Below, piece after piece: positions 18,537 to 25,992 of a stretch of 64,000 nt of DNA. A program made the position numbers and the translations under genes. How positions within the stretch are numbered: the first letter of the stretch is position 1; each line of letters opens with the position of its first letter. The notes under the pieces were generated by a model that was given only the letters and a program-made list of their open reading frames with translations, had not been told where the DNA came from and did not search any database. Location: the sequence record SRR20825010_4291; one strand, written 5' to 3'.

Positions 18537-19208
18537 CTAACGCTTCACCCCCTTATTCTGAAACCTAAAATTCAATACCGAAGCGGGCGTATCTAAACCT
18601 GCTTTGCAGTCTTCATTCTTAACCGCTCTGCCTGGATGAACCTCCAGTTCCAGAACTCCGGCCCAAACATCTAAATCATGATCAAAATTTTCGTCAACCG
18701 CTCCTTCATCTCGTACTTTGGCAGAAGCTTCTGTGATGTCAATGCCGATGACCAGGGTACTGTTCAATTCCTTTTCATTAGGCTCTCGAGCTTCCGACCA
18801 GCGGCCAGCAATAATGTTTTCAGTGATGATCTCTAATGCTTCCATTTTCTCGGCAGGATCTTCAATCAATACGGGCGAACCAAAAACCACAACCGACCTA
18901 TAATTCACCGAATGATGAAATACCGAACGCGCTAATACGAGCCCGTCCAGATGAGTGACTGACAAACTTACTTTCTCTTGCTCCAAAAGTGAAAGCATCA
19001 TTCTGTTCTTCATGGAACCATGAATCAACAGTCGATCTCCTTTTCGACCATAAGCCGTTGGAATTACAATGGCAGCATTTTCATGCACATAAGGCACATG
19101 ACAAAGGAAATGTGAATCGAGGATTTCGTACACCAAAACCTTGTCGTAATGTGCTCGCTTGCTTCCTCGGATGACCTTATTTAAAGTAGATTTTGAAAAT
19201 TCAGACAT
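18537..19208 (-). CDS. Pyridoxamine 5'-phosphate oxidase-like flavin-binding protein
   Basis: RAHYD, IPTAY, HGS, HLDGLVLARSVFHHSVNYRSVVVFG, WAGV. Confidence 0.88.
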   Translation of the reverse strand: MSEFSKSTLNKVIRGSKRAHYDKVLVYEILDSHFLCHVPYVHENAAIVIPTAYGRKGDRLLIHGSMKNRMMLSLLEQEKVSLSVTHLDGLVLARSVFHHSVNYRSVVVFGSPVLIEDPAEKMEALEIITENIIAGRWSEAREPNEKELNSTLVIGIDITEASAKVRDEGAVDENFDHDLDVWAGVLELEVHPGRAVKNEDCKAGLDTPASVLNFRFQNKGVKR

Positions 19209-19247
19209 AATATTGATTGTTATCTGCTACGAATATCTAAATTGATC

Positions 19248-19291
19248 GGACTATTAAAGCAATCCACTTCAATACAATTGAGTAGTCCACT
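19248..19291. promoter_or_regulatory. Putative MocR operator (direct plus inverted repeats)
   Basis: GGACTA (19248-19253) inverted to TAGTCC (19283-19288); direct repeats AATCCACT (19261) and AGTCCACT (19284). Confidence 0.45.
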
Positions 19292-20764
19292 ATGGTTTCA
19301 TTTAAGAATTTAATCTACATAGATCGAAGCGCTGAAACTCCAATCTATCTTCAGTTGAACAACGCCATTATTAAAATGATCAAATCGGGAGTCATCCAAA
19401 GTGGCGCAAAACTACCGGGTACTCGAAGTCTTTCAGTTCAAATTGGCCTGCATAGAAAAACCGTGATTGCCGCCTATGACGAATTGATGGGGCAAGGTTG
19501 GATCTCTACCATTCCGGCCAAAGGCACTTTTGTAAGCGACAAACTGCCTGAAGTAAAACCACGAGGAAAAGGAGTTGAGAAGGGTCCAGAATCAGCTGCT
19601 GGTTTTTCTTTTGTAGCCAGAAAACACCTCCATCGACCATACGCACAACTGCCTTCAATGCTAACGATTGATGAGGGAATTCCAGACGTTCGGATCGCCC
19701 CCATCGTTGAAATTTTGCGCCATTACCGCAGTATTATTTCGCGCAGTTACAATGCCAAGTATTTAAGTTATGGCTCGTTTTTCGGAGATAATTCCCTTCG
19801 GGAAATTTTAGCCAACTACCTCCAAGAAACCCGAGGGATTGCTTGCTCAAAAGAGAACATCTTGATCACAAGAGGAAGCCAAATGGGAGTGTATTTGGCT
19901 TCGCAATTGATTCACCAAAAAGGAGGCTCTAGCATTGTAGGGGAAACCAATTACATTGCCGCAAGCCTTACTTTGACCGATGCTGGTGCTTCGCTACTTC
20001 GGGTACGCGTGGACGAAAACGGCTTAAACACCAATGACATTCAAGCCCTCTGCGAAAAGCATAAAATCAAATCGGTGTATGTTACTTCACACCATCATCA
20101 CCCCACTACGGTAACGCTTAGCCCAGAAAGAAGACTTCATTTGATTGAGCTAGCACATCAATATGGATTTGCCATATTGGAAGATGACTATGATTACGAC
20201 TTCCATTATCAGCGAGCCCCACTTTTACCCTTGGCCAGTGCCGATGAAGGAAATCATGTGATTTACATGGGCGCGATTTGTAAAATTATTGCACCTGCCA
20301 TTCGTGTGGGTTATATGGTAGGACCTAGTGATTTTATAGCCACAGCCGCGCATTTAAGAAGAACGATTGACCGCCAAGGCGACACCATATTAGAAAAAGC
20401 GATTGGGCAAATGATTGAGCAAGGCGATCTTCAGCGACACAGTAGAAAGGCACTCAAACTTTATCATGAACGCAGAGATCATTTCAATCAACTTTTAAAC
20501 GACCATCTTTCGGAGTTTATCAATTTTCAGGTTCCCGAAGGCGGAATGGCCTTTTGGGTTACACTTAGAGAGGGTTTGAGCTGGGAAGCCATTGCCAAAA
20601 CTTGCTTAGAAAATGAAATGGTAATTCCTGATTGGAAAAACTACGACAGCCATAATTCAGGCCATAATGGTATCCGTTTGGGCTTCGCTTCCTTAAATTT
20701 TGAAGAACAAACCAAGGCCATTCTCATTCTGAAATCAGCCATGAAAAAAGAAAGTGAAAATTAA
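19292..20764 (+). CDS. MocR/GabR family PLP-dependent GntR regulator
   Basis: wHTH PIYLQL..LPGTR.L..V..AYDEL..QGW..KGTFV; aminotransferase domain EDDYD, K..APAIRVG, IRLGF. Confidence 0.92.
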   Translation: MVSFKNLIYIDRSAETPIYLQLNNAIIKMIKSGVIQSGAKLPGTRSLSVQIGLHRKTVIAAYDELMGQGWISTIPAKGTFVSDKLPEVKPRGKGVEKGPESAAGFSFVARKHLHRPYAQLPSMLTIDEGIPDVRIAPIVEILRHYRSIISRSYNAKYLSYGSFFGDNSLREILANYLQETRGIACSKENILITRGSQMGVYLASQLIHQKGGSSIVGETNYIAASLTLTDAGASLLRVRVDENGLNTNDIQALCEKHKIKSVYVTSHHHHPTTVTLSPERRLHLIELAHQYGFAILEDDYDYDFHYQRAPLLPLASADEGNHVIYMGAICKIIAPAIRVGYMVGPSDFIATAAHLRRTIDRQGDTILEKAIGQMIEQGDLQRHSRKALKLYHERRDHFNQLLNDHLSEFINFQVPEGGMAFWVTLREGLSWEAIAKTCLENEMVIPDWKNYDSHNSGHNGIRLGFASLNFEEQTKAILILKSAMKKESEN

Positions 20765-20775
20765 TTTAGCGAAAT

Positions 20776-20802
20776 TGTCCCCTGCTCACACTGGCTTTCG
20801 TC
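20776..20802 (+). promoter_or_regulatory. ECF-sigma-type promoter (TGTC-N19-CGTC) upstream of the YciI gene
   Basis: TGTC at 20776-20779 and CGTC at 20799-20802. Confidence 0.45.
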
Positions 20803-20858
20803 AATAGGGTGAATCTCAAAAAGAGAACTCGATTTTTAAACCATAATTTTTTAACACG

Positions 20859-21203
20859 ATGAAAAAGTTTTTATACCTGTTTAGAGGTGGCGATGCAAGA
20901 ATGGCCGAAATGTCTCCAGAAGAAGTGCAAGCTGAAATGGCCAAATGGGGTGAATGGATGCAAGGGTTGGCCGAAAAAGGTCAATTGATTGATGGTTTGC
21001 CTTTAAAGGCTGAAGGCATGCAAGTATCAAAAGGTGGTCAATTGGTTACCGATGGTCCATTTGCTGAAGGTGCTGAAATTGTTGGTGGTTACTTGATGGT
21101 GAATGCTACTGATATGAACCAAGCCGTAGAATTATCGAAAGGTTGCCCAATCTTAAATGCTGAAGATGGCAATATCGAAGTAAGGGAAATTGCTGATATG
21201 TGA
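20859..21203 (+). CDS. YciI/DGPF family protein
   Basis: VTDGPFAE..E.VGGY, CP, IEVRE. Confidence 0.9.
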   Translation: MKKFLYLFRGGDARMAEMSPEEVQAEMAKWGEWMQGLAEKGQLIDGLPLKAEGMQVSKGGQLVTDGPFAEGAEIVGGYLMVNATDMNQAVELSKGCPILNAEDGNIEVREIADM

Positions 21204-21212
21204 GATTTTAAG

Positions 21213-21248
21213 AGAAGTCGCTTTTGATAATCATGGCGACTTCTTTTT
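21213..21248. terminator. Intrinsic terminator between convergent yciI-like and SDR genes
   Basis: AGAAGTCGC (21213-21221) and GCGACTTCT (21236-21244), followed by a T run. Confidence 0.65.
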
Positions 21249-21254
21249 AGAAAA

Positions 21255-22043
21255 CTACCTCACTTTGACTTTCTTGATTAATCTGGCAAATAGGCCAGGG
21301 ACGAATCGTTTGGCGTAGACTCCGTATGATTCTTTGCCAATGTAAATTTCACGCTTTTCTTTTTTGATGGCCTTAATGATAGCTTTGGCACAGTCTTCTG
21401 CTGGAATTCCATTGGCTTGGGCATCATCCATTACATTGGCTTTTGAGCCATCGCCCACCAAAGCATTCACCGACACATTGGTTTTTACGAAGCCCGGTGC
21501 GGCTATTGTTACTTTGATTCCATCATCTTCCAGTTCGGCACGAAGACTATCGTAAAAGCCGTGAAGCGCATGTTTTGTGGCTGCATAACCAGAACGATAA
21601 GGCGTTCCGAAAATCCCAGTCAGGCTCGTCACCACTACAAAATGGCCACTCCCCTTTTCGAGCATATGTGGCAGCAGGTTTTTAGCCAAAGCAATATTCC
21701 CAAAGTAGTTGACTTCCATCAAGTCTCGATCTACCTCAAGTTTGGTATCCTTTACCAAAGACCGCTGACTGATACCACCATTGTTGATAAGAATATCCAC
21801 CTGCCCGAAAAGAGCAATGGCTTCGTTGGTCTTGGTGGCCAAGCTATCGGCTTCGGCTAAATCGAGGGTGAGGGTTTTGATTTTATCTTGATTGGAACAA
21901 TTGGATTTCACCCTTTCCAATTCGGCTAGTCTGCGGGCAGAGAGAATCAATTGAGCCCCTTCGGCAGAAAGCTGCATGGCCAAAGCTTCTCCAATTCCTG
22001 AAGAAGCGCCTGTGATCCAGATGGTTTTGTTGGTTAAAGACAT
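21255..22043 (-). CDS. SDR family oxidoreductase
   Basis: TGASSGIG, NNGG, YAATK. Confidence 0.93.
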   Translation of the reverse strand: MSLTNKTIWITGASSGIGEALAMQLSAEGAQLILSARRLAELERVKSNCSNQDKIKTLTLDLAEADSLATKTNEAIALFGQVDILINNGGISQRSLVKDTKLEVDRDLMEVNYFGNIALAKNLLPHMLEKGSGHFVVVTSLTGIFGTPYRSGYAATKHALHGFYDSLRAELEDDGIKVTIAAPGFVKTNVSVNALVGDGSKANVMDDAQANGIPAEDCAKAIIKAIKKEKREIYIGKESYGVYAKRFVPGLFARLIKKVKVR

Positions 22044-22067
22044 ATTTTAGTTCTTCTATCAGCACAC

Positions 22068-22147
22068 AACCCTCCAAGAGTTCCAATCCGATATTGGCTG
22101 TAAATTGTACTTTAACGAAGGAGTTGACTATTAACTCTTGGAGGGTT
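22068..22147. repeat. REPIN-like inverted doublet, copy 2
   Basis: AACCCTCCAAGAGTT (22068-22082) and AACTCTTGGAGGGTT (22133-22147), 50-bp spacer. Confidence 0.8.
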
Positions 22148-22163
22148 AGCCAACTAAAACGTA

Positions 22164-22667
22164 TTACTTCCGAACATAAGTTACAAAGTCGAAAGCATAT
22201 TTATGCTTTTCATCCGCTTCATGATGCTCTCTTCCTTCTTCCTTCCATTCACTTTTATCGAATTTAGGGAAGAAAGTATCTGCACCTTCGATTACCGCTT
22301 CTACTTCGGTAATCAGCATTCTATCGACCAATCCTTTTTCAATGGCTTCGGTATAAATTTTCCCACCGCCAATAATCATGCATTCGCTCAATCCTTGTTT
22401 TTCGCAATAGGCCAAAGCTTCTTCTAAGCTATGTGTTACGACATGGCCTTCTGGCATTTCAAAATCCTTATTGCGGGTAATCACCACCGAAGTACGGTTG
22501 GGTAAAGGCTTCCCAAGGGATTCATAAGTCTTGCGTCCCATCAGAATATGATTCCCTGAGGTCACCGTCTTGAAGAATTTGAAATCATCGGGCAGTCGCC
22601 AAAGCAAATCGTTGTCTTTGCCTATGGCATAGTTTTCTGAAATCGCTACTACAATGGTCCTGATCAT
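22164..22667 (-). CDS. folA: Dihydrofolate reductase
   Basis: IG..NDLLW.LPDDFKFFK, MGRKTYES, PLPNR, IIGGG.IY, DTFFP. Confidence 0.96.
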   Translation of the reverse strand: MIRTIVVAISENYAIGKDNDLLWRLPDDFKFFKTVTSGNHILMGRKTYESLGKPLPNRTSVVITRNKDFEMPEGHVVTHSLEEALAYCEKQGLSECMIIGGGKIYTEAIEKGLVDRMLITEVEAVIEGADTFFPKFDKSEWKEEGREHHEADEKHKYAFDFVTYVRK

Positions 22668-23581
22668 AATTGTGTCCCTCTTAAAAACGATTCAATATCC
22701 ATTCGTTTCTTTCCTTCCATTTGCAATTCGGTAATGGCCAAAGCGCCCGTTCCTGTTTGAATATGAAGGAAAGTTTTATTGTCGGTTTTGTATTCACCTG
22801 GCTCAGTTTTTTTGCCTGAGTCCATTTTTTTGGTGGCGAAAATTTTAAAGTTTTTATCGTTGATGCATGTCCAAGCTGCGGGATAAGGCGATAAACCTCG
22901 AATGAAATTATAGACTTCTTCGGTTGGTTTCTTCCAGTCAATTTCGCAGGTCTCTTTAAATATTTTAGGCGCATGCTTAATCTCCACCGACTCGTCTTGT
23001 GGCAGTTGCGGATAATCACCCGCCTCAATGGCACGAACCGTTTTGAGCACCAATTTGGCACCTCGCTGCATTAGTCTTTCATATACATCGCCTACATTAT
23101 CTTCTTCGCCTATGGGTTCTTTTTCTTGGAAAATAACATTTCCAGTATCAATCTCATGTTTCAGGAAGAAGGTGGTCACACCCGTTTCTTTTTCACCATT
23201 GATAATGGCCCAGTTGATAGGCGCAGCACCTCGGTATTGTGGCAACAAAGAACCATGTAGGTTGAAAGTACCAATTTCGGGCATGTCCCAAACAGCTACG
23301 GGCAGCATTCTAAAAGCCACCACAATTTGCAGGTTGGCATTGTAGCTTTTCAGCTCTTCTAAAAACTCTGGGGACTTTAAATTGGTAGGCTGCAACACAG
23401 GAATATTCTGCGAAACGGCATAGTCCTTCACCGGTGTAGTAGTTAATTTTTGCCCCCTGCCCTTCGGACGGTCAGGCGCAGTGACCACGGCCACCACATT
23501 GACGCCATTTTCAACCAAAATTTGTAAGCTAGGCACCGCAAACTCAGGCGTGCCCATATATATAATTTTTAAGTCTTTCAT
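22664..23581 (-). CDS. fmt: Methionyl-tRNA formyltransferase
   Basis: MGTPEFA, PDRPKGRG, NLHGSLLPQYRGAAPI, GVTTF..IDTG. Confidence 0.97.
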   Translation of the reverse strand: MKDLKIIYMGTPEFAVPSLQILVENGVNVVAVVTAPDRPKGRGQKLTTTPVKDYAVSQNIPVLQPTNLKSPEFLEELKSYNANLQIVVAFRMLPVAVWDMPEIGTFNLHGSLLPQYRGAAPINWAIINGEKETGVTTFFLKHEIDTGNVIFQEKEPIGEEDNVGDVYERLMQRGAKLVLKTVRAIEAGDYPQLPQDESVEIKHAPKIFKETCEIDWKKPTEEVYNFIRGLSPYPAAWTCINDKNFKIFATKKMDSGKKTEPGEYKTDNKTFLHIQTGTGALAITELQMEGKKRMDIESFLRGTQL

Positions 23582-23730
23582 CTATGTTTTTAGAGTCCCA
23601 CAAAAATAGGGAAATGGTATGAGTATTGGGAATTTTGGTAACTCTCATAATGGCACAACGGGAATAACAAATCATAAATTCATATTGACTGGCTATATGA
23701 AGAGTGAGCTTTCAACAGCTCAATTTAAAC

Positions 23731-24726
23731 TTATGCCTCTATTGAGTTGATAAATGTAGAGTCTTTCTGTTTTATCAGTTTCGTAACTAATGTATTAGGA
23801 TGCTTTGTCGCCAATTCATTAATATATTTCTGGGCTTTCCTTAATCGTGCTTTGTCTACACTATTAAGATACGAGAGCCATCCCTCCACATGTCTTAGAA
23901 GTTCCTCGTTTGTCTGTTCACCAACAAGTGTCAAATGATGAATTTTTGCTCTTAAAGTCTTATATTTTCCCCTTCCAATTCCGACCCTTTCCTCAGATAT
24001 GACCAATCCTGTCACAATTTTAGCCCTTGCTGAGCCTGAAATTCTAGTTTTTTTGTGATTGAGTTTAAATCCTTCACTATTGATGATATTATCAATCATC
24101 GGCAAAATTTTCACCACATTCGAAGGACTAAGACCTGAAAATGAAAGGTCATCAGCATACCTCGTATAAGTTATACCTCTTTTACCAACATATCCGAGAA
24201 CCCTCAAGTCTAACTTCCAAGAAGCGAGATTAGCAATTATCGGTGAACATGGACTGCCTTGAGGTAAAGCATCCTTATATGTACAGATATTAGAAAAGAC
24301 AGTTGAAATAAGATCATTATACCCCAGAGACTTAAAAACACTAAACACCTGATTGGAATTTACACTTGGGAAAAAGTCCTTAATATCAAGGTTTAGGATT
24401 GTATTTGCACCTAAGTGCGGAAGGGCATTATCTAAGGTTGAACTCTTTTTCTTAAAACCTTTACAAGAAGGAGAAACATGTGTGTTATTTAAAATATTTA
24501 CTAAGATCCACGATTGAAGACCTTTGAGCTTCTTACTAGGTTGACTAATTGTACGTTTACCTCCTGATTTTTTAGGAATCTCGTAAGTCTTATAGTATTT
24601 ATTGGAGTGATATGATAATTGATAAATAGTATAGTTTGATATATGAATGACTTTTGAGAACTCGTCAATACTACGAATCACAGGCAATCCAAGCATACTA
24701 AGCTTAATGATTTCAGTCTTTACCAT
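23731..24726 (-). CDS. Retron-type reverse transcriptase
   Basis: PKKSGGKRTI, region X NALPH (NAxxH), LDIKDFFPS, LPQGSPCSP, catalytic YADD (aa 190-193), region Y VTG (aa 238-240); 331 aa, no maturase or endonuclease domain. Confidence 0.95.
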   Translation of the reverse strand: MVKTEIIKLSMLGLPVIRSIDEFSKVIHISNYTIYQLSYHSNKYYKTYEIPKKSGGKRTISQPSKKLKGLQSWILVNILNNTHVSPSCKGFKKKSSTLDNALPHLGANTILNLDIKDFFPSVNSNQVFSVFKSLGYNDLISTVFSNICTYKDALPQGSPCSPIIANLASWKLDLRVLGYVGKRGITYTRYADDLSFSGLSPSNVVKILPMIDNIINSEGFKLNHKKTRISGSARAKIVTGLVISEERVGIGRGKYKTLRAKIHHLTLVGEQTNEELLRHVEGWLSYLNSVDKARLRKAQKYINELATKHPNTLVTKLIKQKDSTFINSIEA

Positions 24727-24746
24727 ACTTAATATTAATGAAGGAT

Positions 24747-24922
24747 GGGTAGTCCTTTTTACTCCTCAAATTTTGAGTGAAGTTTAAGTTTGAAAGCTTC
24801 AACGAAGCTTTTGAGCTTAAAATTTGCGATTATAACGCTGTGTTTTACTCTCGGATGCCGAAACAACATCCACTCGATTGTACATTGCGAACAATGTAAC
24901 TTAGTCTAAAAAGAACATACCC
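24747..24922 (-). ncRNA. Retron msr-msd non-coding RNA
   Basis: RNA 5' arm GGGUAUGUUCUUUUUA (24922-24907) pairs with 3' arm UAAAAAGGACUACCC (24761-24747); candidate branching G at 24906; msr hairpins at 24881-24898 and 24853-24871; msd hairpin at 24777-24827. Confidence 0.88.
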
Positions 24923-25816
24923 TTACACCTTCAGTTTCTTATTTCTATTTCTCAAATTTAATATTTCTAGTCTTAAGTTATCAATTTCTGATTTTTCATC
25001 CTGCCTTTTTACTCTAGTCCTTGTTTTCTGAAAGGCCGAGAGACTATTAGAACCCAATGTGGTTATTTTATATCCTTCTGTGGTTAATTGAACGTATCGT
25101 TTTTTTATCAACATTGTTAGAGCAATAGTGGCTGTCTGGAAAGCGTTTTTCTCATCTTCGGTAGCAGAGGCTACAATGTTTATTAAAGTTGTCTTGGTAA
25201 CAGGTTCTAGAAGATATATTGAAGGCAACAAAAAATTATCCAATTGTAATAATGAAATCTTCTCATGATGCTTATTGCTTTGTCTTTTCATCTTCTTGAG
25301 AGCAGACGTTAGCTTGTCTATTCCATTATCGATTTCCACTGGATTGATAAACAATACATTTGATGAGTTCGACTTCCTAACTAATTTCAGAGGCCCTTGA
25401 TTAATAAAGCTTTTATCCTTTTTATATCTCTCATCAATAACACAAATAAGCTTTTCCCTTAATTTTTCATCATTTGAAAATGCTCCAAGCTCAGCAAAGG
25501 ATCCAGGACTTTCAGGTATCAAAACTATAGCATCAACACTGTTAGCTAGAATACCTTCAAGTGAGAGCAAATCCTTAGTTCTTGAGCTATAGAGAAGCTC
25601 TTCAAATATATCTTCTGGATATATAATATCTATCCAAAAATCGCCCTTTAGAAGTTCAGCTATTTTATATCTCAGTTTTTCTTTTTGATTAATGTCTGCG
25701 CCACATAAAAATATAGTGGTTTTATAATTATTAGCAGGCCGGTATATATCATCCCTGATTTTATTTGAGATGTGGATGCAATCCTCTTTTGAAATATGAT
25801 TATGACTCTTAATCAC
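24923..25816 (-). CDS. Retron effector: nucleoside-deoxyribosyltransferase-like domain plus C-terminal winged helix (Ec86/Ec73/St85-type)
   Basis: TIFLCGA, YPEDIFEELL, LLSLE..LA.SVD, PESPGSFAELGAF (E109), SFINQGP; C-terminal LIKKRYVQLTTEGYKITTLG; directly upstream of the msr/msd and RT. Confidence 0.85.
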   Translation of the reverse strand: MIKSHNHISKEDCIHISNKIRDDIYRPANNYKTTIFLCGADINQKEKLRYKIAELLKGDFWIDIIYPEDIFEELLYSSRTKDLLSLEGILANSVDAIVLIPESPGSFAELGAFSNDEKLREKLICVIDERYKKDKSFINQGPLKLVRKSNSSNVLFINPVEIDNGIDKLTSALKKMKRQSNKHHEKISLLQLDNFLLPSIYLLEPVTKTTLINIVASATEDEKNAFQTATIALTMLIKKRYVQLTTEGYKITTLGSNSLSAFQKTRTRVKRQDEKSEIDNLRLEILNLRNRNKKLKV

Positions 25817-25992
25817 TCTTTAACTGCTGGTTTCTATTATGTGACGTATGTTAATGAAGATTTCGTTTCCTACTCCTTTCAAAGATTTATTCAATATAAG
25901 AAAGTTAGTTTTACTTGTTATTGATTGTGGTAACTCTTCTTTCCTTTTGGTAAAGTTCTGCACTATCTGAAAATAATGCCCTAAGAGGTTTG

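Noticed and set aside
23706-23721. GAGCT-TTCAAC-AGCTC hairpin after the RT, loosely similar to the msd loop
   Set aside because: The 5-bp stem is too short to support a second msd; at most it is a weak terminator.
23731-24726. RT as a group II intron, DGR, CRISPR-associated or Abi RT
   Set aside because: No maturase/endonuclease domain, TR/VR pair, cas1 or array is present. NAxxH, VTG and the adjacent msr/msd indicate a retron.
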